A stretch of DNA of 64,000 nt from a virus. The stretch is taken from positions 26,772 to 90,771 of the IMG/VR virus record IMGVR_UViG_3300037804_000222; one strand, given 5' to 3'. Numbering within the stretch: position 1 is the stretch's first letter; the number at the start of each line of letters is the position of its first letter. Both the position numbers and the translations under genes were made by a program. Of this stretch, positions 56,462 through 64,000 are shown one piece after another. Under the pieces are notes generated by a model that saw only the letters and a program-made list of their open reading frames with translations, was not told the DNA's origin and ran no database searches.

Positions 56462-57003
56462 TGAAGAACAGAAGATTAAACGAAGCAAAAGTACTAGTAG
56501 TATGTCTAGTAGTAATTTTTATGTTTATTATAGGCATAGGAAAAGCCAACGCTCAACAGCAACAAGTATTTGTAGAATGTACTTCGGGAGATTTTCCCGA
56601 TGAAGTTACTTGGCAAATCTTAACATGTAATGGTGGAGTATTATTAGAGGGTGGGGCTCCTTTTCTTGGAGCAGTAATTCTTCCCCCTTATTATCAAATC
56701 AATATGCAAGACACTTATGGGGATGGCTGGAACGGAGCTTATCTTTATGTAGATAATATAGAGTATGGATTCTTATCTGATGTGGATTGGATAGATTCTT
56801 TAGGCACTTGGCCTCAAGAGTTTACACAACAACTAGTTGATGTAGGCTGTTTAACTATAGGTATAGAAGAGTTAGAAAGTGCAAATTTTATACCACACAC
56901 TTATTATGATTTACTTGGTAGAAAGGTAACCCCGTCAACAGGTTTGTATTTTGCAACAGATGGAATACTAACTAAAAAAGTATATATAGATGAGATTAAG
57001 TAA
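56461..57003 (+). CDS. secreted protein with T9SS C-terminal-like domain
   Basis: Signal peptide (ANA-Q); DTYGDGWNG; IGIEE..YYDLLGRKV..GLYF..KKVYI. Confidence 0.6.
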   Translation: MKNRRLNEAKVLVVCLVVIFMFIIGIGKANAQQQQVFVECTSGDFPDEVTWQILTCNGGVLLEGGAPFLGAVILPPYYQINMQDTYGDGWNGAYLYVDNIEYGFLSDVDWIDSLGTWPQEFTQQLVDVGCLTIGIEELESANFIPHTYYDLLGRKVTPSTGLYFATDGILTKKVYIDEIK

Positions 57004-57457
57004 AAACTTTGTATTATCTGAAATTACTCATAGCAATACAGCTTTGAGAAAAGGCATTCCTAATGAGCCGACTAAGGAGCATTTAGAAAACCTGCAGCGA
57101 TTAATTACAAACCTTATACAGCCTATGCGGGATGAGCTTGGCCCCATTCGTGTTAGTTCTGGGTATAGAAGCCCTAGATTAAATCGCGCTATCGGGGGAA
57201 GTAAAAAATCGCAACACTGTAAAGGCCAGGCGCTTGACCTCCAGTTTTGGAGAAAGGGCGAGATGTGTAATAAAGAGGTGTACGATTGGGTTCTAAAAAG
57301 TGGTTTAGATTTCGATCAAATGATAAACGAATTTGATTTTTCTTGGATTCATCTATCATTAAGAAAAGATAAAAATAGAAAGCTTGTCTTAGATGCATAT
57401 AAAGATGCAGACGGAGACACTGCTTATAAAACTGCGGATATAATACGAGGAATATGA
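56990..57457 (+). CDS. endolysin, peptidase M15A
   Basis: LSKNFVLSE, VSSGYRS, SQHCKGQALD, WIHLS. Confidence 0.9.
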   Translation: MRLSKNFVLSEITHSNTALRKGIPNEPTKEHLENLQRLITNLIQPMRDELGPIRVSSGYRSPRLNRAIGGSKKSQHCKGQALDLQFWRKGEMCNKEVYDWVLKSGLDFDQMINEFDFSWIHLSLRKDKNRKLVLDAYKDADGDTAYKTADIIRGI

Positions 57458-57840
57458 GTAAGCTTTTAGATATATTAGGTGGAGGAGTTATTAAGCAAGT
57501 CGGTGACGTGCTTGATAATTTAACTACATCTAAAGAAGAAAAGCTAGCTGCACAGCAAAAGATTAAAGAAGTGCTTGTGCAGGCAGAAGCTAACGCTCAA
57601 GAGCAGGTTACACGACGCTGGGAAGCTGATATGAAATCTGATAATTGGCTTAGTAAAAATATTCGTCCACTGATATGTATATTTTTAACAGCAATGTTTG
57701 TTGTTATTTCAATTTTTGATGGGAATGCAGGAGGGTTTACAATAGCCCCAGCATATGTGCCAATATACCAAACACTTTTAATTACAGTGTATGGGGCATA
57801 TTTTGCAGGTAGAAGTTTAGAAAAAATTAAAAAACGATGA
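57454..57840 (+). CDS. 3TM-type holin
   Basis: RWEADMKSDNWLSKNIRP, GAYFAGRSLEK. Confidence 0.8.
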   Translation: MSKLLDILGGGVIKQVGDVLDNLTTSKEEKLAAQQKIKEVLVQAEANAQEQVTRRWEADMKSDNWLSKNIRPLICIFLTAMFVVISIFDGNAGGFTIAPAYVPIYQTLLITVYGAYFAGRSLEKIKKR

Positions 57841-59000
57841 TACAGCAATTGGACCGAGAAGGAAATCTTATAGATGAATTCTCTAATGCGAATGAAGCCG
57901 CAATAGCTTTAGGTATTGATGATAGCAATATTAGAAAAGTACTTAAAGGAAGTAGGAGTTATGCGGGAGGCTATCAGTGGATAGATAATAATTCTAATAC
58001 AACTGTAACAGATGATGTAGGAGAAACAATAATTCCTAACATACCCGAACTCGATTTACATCTTAAAGAGAGAGGGATAGATAAAAAAGATGTGCAGTCA
58101 GTAAAGCACTGGCAATCAGGCTCGGGAGAATATAGGTTTTCTATTGTAACAAAAGAAGATAAAAAAGATCTTACTGGGTTTAAAGAGAAGTTCTTTGAAG
58201 AAATGAAGCAGTATATTCCGCAGGTTGTAGATCCAGTCTATAGCTTTAAGAAGGGGTCTCCTGTAGCTTACGAAATATCTTTACCTGATTTTCATTATGG
58301 TAAGATAGGCGGTATGTCTCAAAAACAAGCTAATGCCGATTTCTTAAATACTATTAAGGAATTACATAGAAAGGCAGAAGGCTTGAATATAGAAAAATTC
58401 ATCTTGCCGATTGGTAATGATGGATTGAATTCTGAGGGATATAGTAGAGCCACTACTAAAGGCACTCCGCAGCACGATGCTGAAGAGTGGCAAGAAACCT
58501 TTAGAGGTTATTGGAAGTTGTTAGTTATTGCGATTGATTACTTATCAGCATTTGCACCAGTAGATGTTATTGTGATTCAAGGTAACCACGACTTCGAACG
58601 TATGTTTTATATAGGAGAAGTAATAGAGTCTTGGTATAAAGACTACGATCCAGTGACAGTAGATAATAGTTATGACTCAAGAAAGTATTACAGATACGGA
58701 AAGAATATGCTTATGTTTACGCATGGGGATAAGGAGAAGCCAGCAAATATGCCTCTTCTTATGGCGACAGAACAGCCGCTCATGTTTGCACAATGCCCTT
58801 ATAGAGAGGTTCATTGTGGGCACCAGCATAGAGAAATCGTTAACACCTATCAAGGAGTTAAAGTAAGATTTCTACCTAGCATTTGTACTAACGATGCTTG
58901 GCATAAAACAATGGGGTACAATGCCCCGAGAGAGGCTCAAGCTTATATATGGAATAAAGAAAAAGGATGCGAAGGATATTTACAAGTAAATTTAAATTAG
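57837..59000 (+). CDS. NUMOD1 domain + calcineurin-like metallophosphoesterase
   Basis: QLDREGNLIDEF..AGGYQW; DFHYGK, GND, GNHD, HGD, GHQH. Confidence 0.85.
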   Translation: MIQQLDREGNLIDEFSNANEAAIALGIDDSNIRKVLKGSRSYAGGYQWIDNNSNTTVTDDVGETIIPNIPELDLHLKERGIDKKDVQSVKHWQSGSGEYRFSIVTKEDKKDLTGFKEKFFEEMKQYIPQVVDPVYSFKKGSPVAYEISLPDFHYGKIGGMSQKQANADFLNTIKELHRKAEGLNIEKFILPIGNDGLNSEGYSRATTKGTPQHDAEEWQETFRGYWKLLVIAIDYLSAFAPVDVIVIQGNHDFERMFYIGEVIESWYKDYDPVTVDNSYDSRKYYRYGKNMLMFTHGDKEKPANMPLLMATEQPLMFAQCPYREVHCGHQHREIVNTYQGVKVRFLPSICTNDAWHKTMGYNAPREAQAYIWNKEKGCEGYLQVNLN

Positions 59001-59001
59001 A

Positions 59002-59697
59002 ATGGCAACAATAAAAGAAATAGTATATGATATAAAAAACATTATCAGAGGTGGAATACAATCTGATGATGAGATTATATCAGATCGTCAAGTAGAGTTT
59101 CAGATTAACAGCTTGAGGGCTCAATTCATTCGTCAAGATGTAAATAAGCGTAGAAGTATATCTGATAACATTAAGCAAGTAATACATTGCTTAGAGGTTA
59201 AAACTGTTTCAGGAACTACTTGTGGGTTATCTGGTGATCTTACAATTGTACGCTCTAAAGAAAAAATCCCTAATGCTATTGAGACTTCGCACCAAGATTT
59301 AATTACTGCTATAGGGCCCACAGGAATACTCTCTACGAACTTTCATATGATTCCTTACAATAGAGCTCCTTGGGCAGGAAACAACCGTTATACGAAGCGC
59401 ATGACGTTTGCTTTCTTATTAGATAGTTTTGTATATATTCTTGGTCCTGGCGCCGAGATGTTAGAAAAAATTAAAGTAGAAGGTGTTTGGCAAAACCCTA
59501 AAGATATAGAGTCTTATATAAAAGATGATGGTACTCCTTCATACGATGCAGAAATAGAAGAATATCCACTCTCTACATCTATGTTAGATTTGATTAAGCA
59601 AAGTATGTTAGCTACAAATATGCAACCATTTGTTCAAATGCCCACAGATAACTCTAATAACGCAAAATCAGATCTACAACCTAATCAACAGAAATAA
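59002..59697 (+). CDS. ring/structural protein (crAss-like)
   Basis: EIVYDIK..SDD..ISDRQV..RA; GVWQNP; EYPL. Confidence 0.7.
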   Translation: MATIKEIVYDIKNIIRGGIQSDDEIISDRQVEFQINSLRAQFIRQDVNKRRSISDNIKQVIHCLEVKTVSGTTCGLSGDLTIVRSKEKIPNAIETSHQDLITAIGPTGILSTNFHMIPYNRAPWAGNNRYTKRMTFAFLLDSFVYILGPGAEMLEKIKVEGVWQNPKDIESYIKDDGTPSYDAEIEEYPLSTSMLDLIKQSMLATNMQPFVQMPTDNSNNAKSDLQPNQQK

Positions 59698-60161
59698 TGT
59701 TTGAGAATGCAAAGCGTGGAGAAGGAGTTTATAAAAAAGATCATGCCTCTGATGAGGCGTATAAATATTATAAAAAGAATACAATAGAAGAATTACAAGT
59801 AGATAAAAAAACTTATAGAAAAATATGCGACGAATTTAATAAATTATTTATAGACGAGATTCTAATAAGTTCAGAAGAAATGAGGTTACCTTATAGATTA
59901 GGAACTATTAGAGTTAAGAAGTCTAAGATGAAATACGATGATAAGAATAAATTGAAGATTGATTGGGCTGCAAGTAAAAAGCTAGGGAAAAGGATTTATC
60001 ATCTAAACGATCATACTGGTGGATACAAGTATAGATTCTATTGGACTAAAGGGATAGTTAAAAATATAACAGCTTATTCATTTATTCCTACTAGAACTAA
60101 TACAAGAAGATTAGCTAGTATATTAAAAGATAAAGAACGTGAACTAGATTACTTTATGTAG
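59697..60161 (+). CDS. IHF-like protein (crAss-like tail-region type)
   Basis: LPYRLGTIRVKK, IDWAASKK, NDHTGGYKYRFYW. Confidence 0.75.
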   Translation: MFENAKRGEGVYKKDHASDEAYKYYKKNTIEELQVDKKTYRKICDEFNKLFIDEILISSEEMRLPYRLGTIRVKKSKMKYDDKNKLKIDWAASKKLGKRIYHLNDHTGGYKYRFYWTKGIVKNITAYSFIPTRTNTRRLASILKDKERELDYFM

Positions 60162-62747
60162 ATGGCAATAAAAGATAAGATAATATCATTTTGGAAGCAA
60201 GTTAAGCTTAAGTCCTCCGATATGTTTACTCTGTTTAGAGTGGGTATCGGAGTCAAAGTTCCTACGCATAAACTTCACGTAAAGGATACAACAGATCCTT
60301 TAAAAGTTGAGGGGCTTCAAAATGATACCACTGACCCTGACAAGTATCTTACAATAGACTCTAATAATATAGTTAAATACAGAACAGGGACAGAGGTGGC
60401 ATCTGATATAGGGGTTGTCTCTTCTTTTATTTTAGAGGACGGCGATGGTACAGAAGTTACTGTCACCAATGGTTCGGAAATTAAGTTTGTAGAAACTGCA
60501 GGAATCGATATAGATTGGACAGATGTCTCTGATGGTTCTGACTCTGATCCTTATGATTTAACATTTACAGTTAATCCTGCGCAAACAACAATAACATCTT
60601 TATTTGCTACAGATATAAAGATAGGTGAAGACGACGAAACTAAGGTAGATTTCGAAACTGCAAACGAAATTCATTTTGACTGCAATAATGCAGAGGTAAT
60701 GAGTATTGCAGAAAATCAAATAGATATTACTGCTCAAGCAATTAATGTAACATCTAGCGGTTTAGGAGATCCTTCACTTACTTTAAAAACTACCGCTAAC
60801 GCAGATCATGGAAGTGCCTCTATAATCTTCGATAAAGATAGGGGCGCTGCTGCCGCAGACGGGCAAGTTATTGGTGTTATTCTGTTTAGGGCAGAAGATG
60901 ATGCTGAAAACCAGGAAAGTTATGCAAGAATTTTAGGACAGATTTCAGATGCATCACACGGATCAGAGGGAGGACAATTAGAACTTGAGATAGCCTCGCA
61001 TGATGGAGAACTTGTGTGCGGATTAAAACTAGTGGACGGAGACGCCGAAGACGAAGTAGATGTTACTATAGCAAATACTACAACATCTTTAACAACTATA
61101 GCGGGAGATGTACAAGTTAATGGTAATGATATTAAAGATGACGATGGTGTATCTTGCATTACATTTGATTCGTCAGGAAATACTACAGTAGCCAATACGT
61201 TAAATGCTACTTTAACAGGTAACGTTACTGGTAACGTATCAGGAAGTTCTGGAAGTGCTACGGGAAATGCCGCAACTGCTACAGCTTTAGAAACTGGGCG
61301 AACTATAAATGGAGTTAGTTTTGATGGTACTGGAAATATAACAGTAACCGCTGCAGGTACTACTTTATCAGATACAGTTCCTGTATCTAAAGGTGGTACA
61401 GGAGTAACTTCTATAGCAGCAGACACTATAATCACAGGAAATGGAACAGGCGCTCTTACATCTGAGGCTTATTTAACTTATAACACTTCAGATGAAGAAA
61501 TGATAATTGGTAATCCTGATACTGGAGATGCTAAAATATCTAGAAGGGCAAATTCTGGAACAGATGCCGCAGGAGGTAAGTTAATTATATCAGCAGGAGC
61601 TGCTACAGGTGATGCGGCGGGGGGTTCAATAGAGTTTCATTCAAGTGTTGCAGGATCTTCTGGGTCCTCAGTACAGTCTACAGCGGAAGTTGCTACTATA
61701 TCTAAAGAGGGAAATTTATCTATAGACGGAGATCTTACTGTAAAAGGCAACGATATAAAAGATGATGACGGAACAACTTGTATAACATTTGACAGTTCAG
61801 GTAATACCACAATAGCTGGTACTACTTCAGGAACTTTCTCAGGTAACTTATCAGGTAATGCTTCAGGATTATCAGCAACACTTGCTGTAGGCAGTGGTGG
61901 TACTGGTGCTACAACTTTATCTTCTAATGCAGTGCTGACAGGTAATGGTACGTCTGCTATACAAGCTGAATCATCATTGTCTTACTCTTCTGAAACTTTG
62001 ACTATAGGGGATAATGACAATGGTACTACCTCAATACTCAGACGGGATAATAGTAGTGGTGGAGGAGGAGGAATAACTATAAAAGCAGGTTCAGCAACTG
62101 GAACTGATGTGTCTGGAGGGCACTTAGCTCTTTATGGTGGTGGAGGTACAGGTACGGGTGTTAGCGGTCTGATAAGGTTTTATGGTCATGGAGCAGGTAG
62201 TTCAGGTTCTTCAGCAGGTACGTTTGGAGAGATAGCCCAACTTGACGGTACAGGTAATTTACAGATAGACGGAACGCTTATCGGTAAGGTATACCAAACC
62301 TACCCCATGAACTTCTATGACGATATAGGTACTACTCTGCACTACTTATCCTGGCAAGATCAGTATGAGTACTCATCAAATTCTTACACTGATATAGATA
62401 TTAGAATGATGGCGCCCGCAAATGGTAGAGTAGTATCCGTTTCTATGAGAATGAATGCTGTTACAAACGCAGCTACAAGAACTGTTACAGTATACTCAAC
62501 TGCCCCTGATTATGGGGCCGCAACAATATCGGAAGAATCTGAAGCTATAGCAATAGACGCAACAGATGATTACCATGCTTTTAACTTTGTATTCTCTAAC
62601 GCCGAACATTTTGATGCTGGAGATTTAATAAATATAGGTGTTCAAGATGATACTGATATGGGTTCAGCTCAAAATTGTTATGTCACTGTCCTAATAGAAT
62701 GGGATTACAATAACTTAATTTCAGCTAGCTCTGATGAATTACCTTAG
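60162..62747 (+). CDS. tail fibre-like protein with internal duplication
   Basis: VGIG..PTHKLHV; NATTATALET.RTINGVSFDGTGNI-type repeat; duplicated GNDIKDDDG..CITFDSSGNTT and GGTG..TGNGT blocks. Confidence 0.75.
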   Translation: MAIKDKIISFWKQVKLKSSDMFTLFRVGIGVKVPTHKLHVKDTTDPLKVEGLQNDTTDPDKYLTIDSNNIVKYRTGTEVASDIGVVSSFILEDGDGTEVTVTNGSEIKFVETAGIDIDWTDVSDGSDSDPYDLTFTVNPAQTTITSLFATDIKIGEDDETKVDFETANEIHFDCNNAEVMSIAENQIDITAQAINVTSSGLGDPSLTLKTTANADHGSASIIFDKDRGAAAADGQVIGVILFRAEDDAENQESYARILGQISDASHGSEGGQLELEIASHDGELVCGLKLVDGDAEDEVDVTIANTTTSLTTIAGDVQVNGNDIKDDDGVSCITFDSSGNTTVANTLNATLTGNVTGNVSGSSGSATGNAATATALETGRTINGVSFDGTGNITVTAAGTTLSDTVPVSKGGTGVTSIAADTIITGNGTGALTSEAYLTYNTSDEEMIIGNPDTGDAKISRRANSGTDAAGGKLIISAGAATGDAAGGSIEFHSSVAGSSGSSVQSTAEVATISKEGNLSIDGDLTVKGNDIKDDDGTTCITFDSSGNTTIAGTTSGTFSGNLSGNASGLSATLAVGSGGTGATTLSSNAVLTGNGTSAIQAESSLSYSSETLTIGDNDNGTTSILRRDNSSGGGGGITIKAGSATGTDVSGGHLALYGGGGTGTGVSGLIRFYGHGAGSSGSSAGTFGEIAQLDGTGNLQIDGTLIGKVYQTYPMNFYDDIGTTLHYLSWQDQYEYSSNSYTDIDIRMMAPANGRVVSVSMRMNAVTNAATRTVTVYSTAPDYGAATISEESEAIAIDATDDYHAFNFVFSNAEHFDAGDLINIGVQDDTDMGSAQNCYVTVLIEWDYNNLISASSDELP

Positions 62748-62766
62748 ATAATAAAAATAGAATAAT

Positions 62767-63654
62767 ATGGCATTAAATGGAAAATATATATCACTAAATT
62801 CAATAATGGAGCAAGTATATGCTGATAATGGTTATCAGTTTGAACTTCCATGGGTTGATATAATGATGTGGACAGAGGAAGCTCTTAACTTGATAGGACA
62901 TCCTAGACAATATATAAGAAAAGTAACGGGGCATAAAGATAATCCTGATTTAGATATAACAAATTACAGAGCACATTTACCTTGTGACTTTCATCAGTTA
63001 GAGCAAGTAGCCGTAAATGGTATGCCTGCAGAGTATTCTGGAAACACCTTTCATCATTTACTTGATGGAGGATGTTGTGGTATAGAAGGATTTACAAATT
63101 TAGCTGCACATATTCAAGAGCAAAACTGGGGGGAGTTAGTAAAAGTTACAAACGAAGATGGAACTTCTAATTATGAACAAAGAGATGATTCCCTTTCAAA
63201 TACTGAAGGGGGTATAATGTCTTTTGATATGACAGCAGAAGTAGATTCTAGTTTTAATCCTATTACATTTGATTTAAACAATAATAATATCACACTATCT
63301 GTAAAGGAGGGTAAGGTATGTATGGCATACTTAGCTATTCCTACAGATGAAGAAGGTTTACCTCTTATCCCTGAAGACACAAGCTACCAACTAGCTGTAA
63401 AGAAGTATCTTACAATGAAGGTAGATTATATAGCTTGGAGAAGAGGAACTTTACCTCAAGCAGTATTTGAACATTCTCAACAAGAGTGGGCGTGGTATGT
63501 AGGGCAAGCAGGTAATAAAGCTAAGATGCCTAATCTCGATCAGATTGAAGCTATTAAGAATCAAACTATGAGATTGCTTCCTAATATAAATGCACACGAG
63601 ACATTTTTTAAAACATTAGGTTCTCCTGAAATAAGAAAAAACTTTAATAGATAA
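62767..63654 (+). CDS. tail tubular/ring protein
   Basis: WTEEALNLIG, LPCDF, AYLAIPTDEEGLPLIP, WAWYVGQA. Confidence 0.75.
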   Translation: MALNGKYISLNSIMEQVYADNGYQFELPWVDIMMWTEEALNLIGHPRQYIRKVTGHKDNPDLDITNYRAHLPCDFHQLEQVAVNGMPAEYSGNTFHHLLDGGCCGIEGFTNLAAHIQEQNWGELVKVTNEDGTSNYEQRDDSLSNTEGGIMSFDMTAEVDSSFNPITFDLNNNNITLSVKEGKVCMAYLAIPTDEEGLPLIPEDTSYQLAVKKYLTMKVDYIAWRRGTLPQAVFEHSQQEWAWYVGQAGNKAKMPNLDQIEAIKNQTMRLLPNINAHETFFKTLGSPEIRKNFNR

Positions 63655-64000
63655 TGAGAGATCAGAATATAAATACATTTGAAAAAGGCATGATGAAAGA
63701 TGGAGGGCATTCTTTACCTCAGAATGGTTTCTATTCTCACGCTGAAAATATTAGAATACTAGTAGATGAATCTGTCGGAGAGTCTGGTGTTGTTGTTAGT
63801 GTAAAGGGAAATAAAAAATCTTTAGATTTCTCTGAGATTTTTCTAAATAATTCTTCGCAAGCTATACCAGATCTCTATTTTGAGTGGGTTGAAACAGGAT
63901 CATTAACTATTGATCTTTTAGATGAGTTTACAGTTCCAGGTACAGCATTACCAAAACGAGTATGGCCTAACGGGACATATCTTTATGCGTGGGATACTAT
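63654..64000 (+). CDS. tail stabilization/muzzle protein, N-terminus (runs off window)
   Basis: MRDQNINTFEKGMMKD...AENIRI...VKGNK; follows tail tubular gene. Confidence 0.7.
   Translation, partial: MRDQNINTFEKGMMKDGGHSLPQNGFYSHAENIRILVDESVGESGVVVSVKGNKKSLDFSEIFLNNSSQAIPDLYFEWVETGSLTIDLLDEFTVPGTALPKRVWPNGTYLYAWDT

Noticed and set aside
153-63380. Numerous short antisense and alternate-frame ORFs in the track
   Set aside because: Shadow ORFs nested inside well-supported genes on the other strand or frame
1-64000. Stop-codon reassignment (seen in some crAss-like phages)
   Set aside because: All core genes are full length under the standard code; TAG and TGA end genes such as TerL and MCP; no suppressor tRNA seen

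Overview
This window is an internal 64-kb segment of an AT-rich tailed phage genome with crAss-like (Crassvirales-type) organisation. The host is most likely a Bacteroidota/Flavobacteriia bacterium, judging from TAnnTTTG promoters, a T9SS-like cargo protein and Cys-rich repeats of the marine-Flavobacteria type. Positions 1-20.8 kb are a minus-strand replication/early arm: rIIB start, rIIA, PD-(D/E)XK nuclease, RusA-like resolvase, primase, Sak4-like ATPase, DnaB, SF2 helicase, family A polymerase, SSB-like protein and small ORFs. Positions 21.3-64 kb are a plus-strand late arm: nuclease, HU/IHF, GroES, TerL, portal, scaffold, MCP, ring and auxiliary capsid proteins, giant accessory virion proteins, a lysis/envelope cluster, phosphoesterase, tail fibre, tail tubular protein and the start of the muzzle protein. 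The most unusual part is non-coding. (i) At 11.29-12.7 kb there is a dense array of about 25 different short palindromes and 11-12-bp tandem repeats. From my recollection they match the hypervariable in-gene sites of RhuM, ORF6N, Bro-N, DinD and Fic/AlbA-wHTH proteins, so this is a candidate operator-decoy/self-mimic array. (ii) There are three aberrant tRNA-like RNAs: one with a 92-nt variable arm, one with expanded anticodon and variable arms, and an acceptor+T-arm minihelix. (iii) A small pseudoknot motif with covariation occurs three times, alongside several large structured RNAs. Also notable are an unannotated 52-aa mimic of the ribonucleotide-reductase redox tail and a set of intact, crippled and fully degenerate metzincin domains in the virion module. 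Protein assignments come from motif recognition and synteny only; no searches were run.
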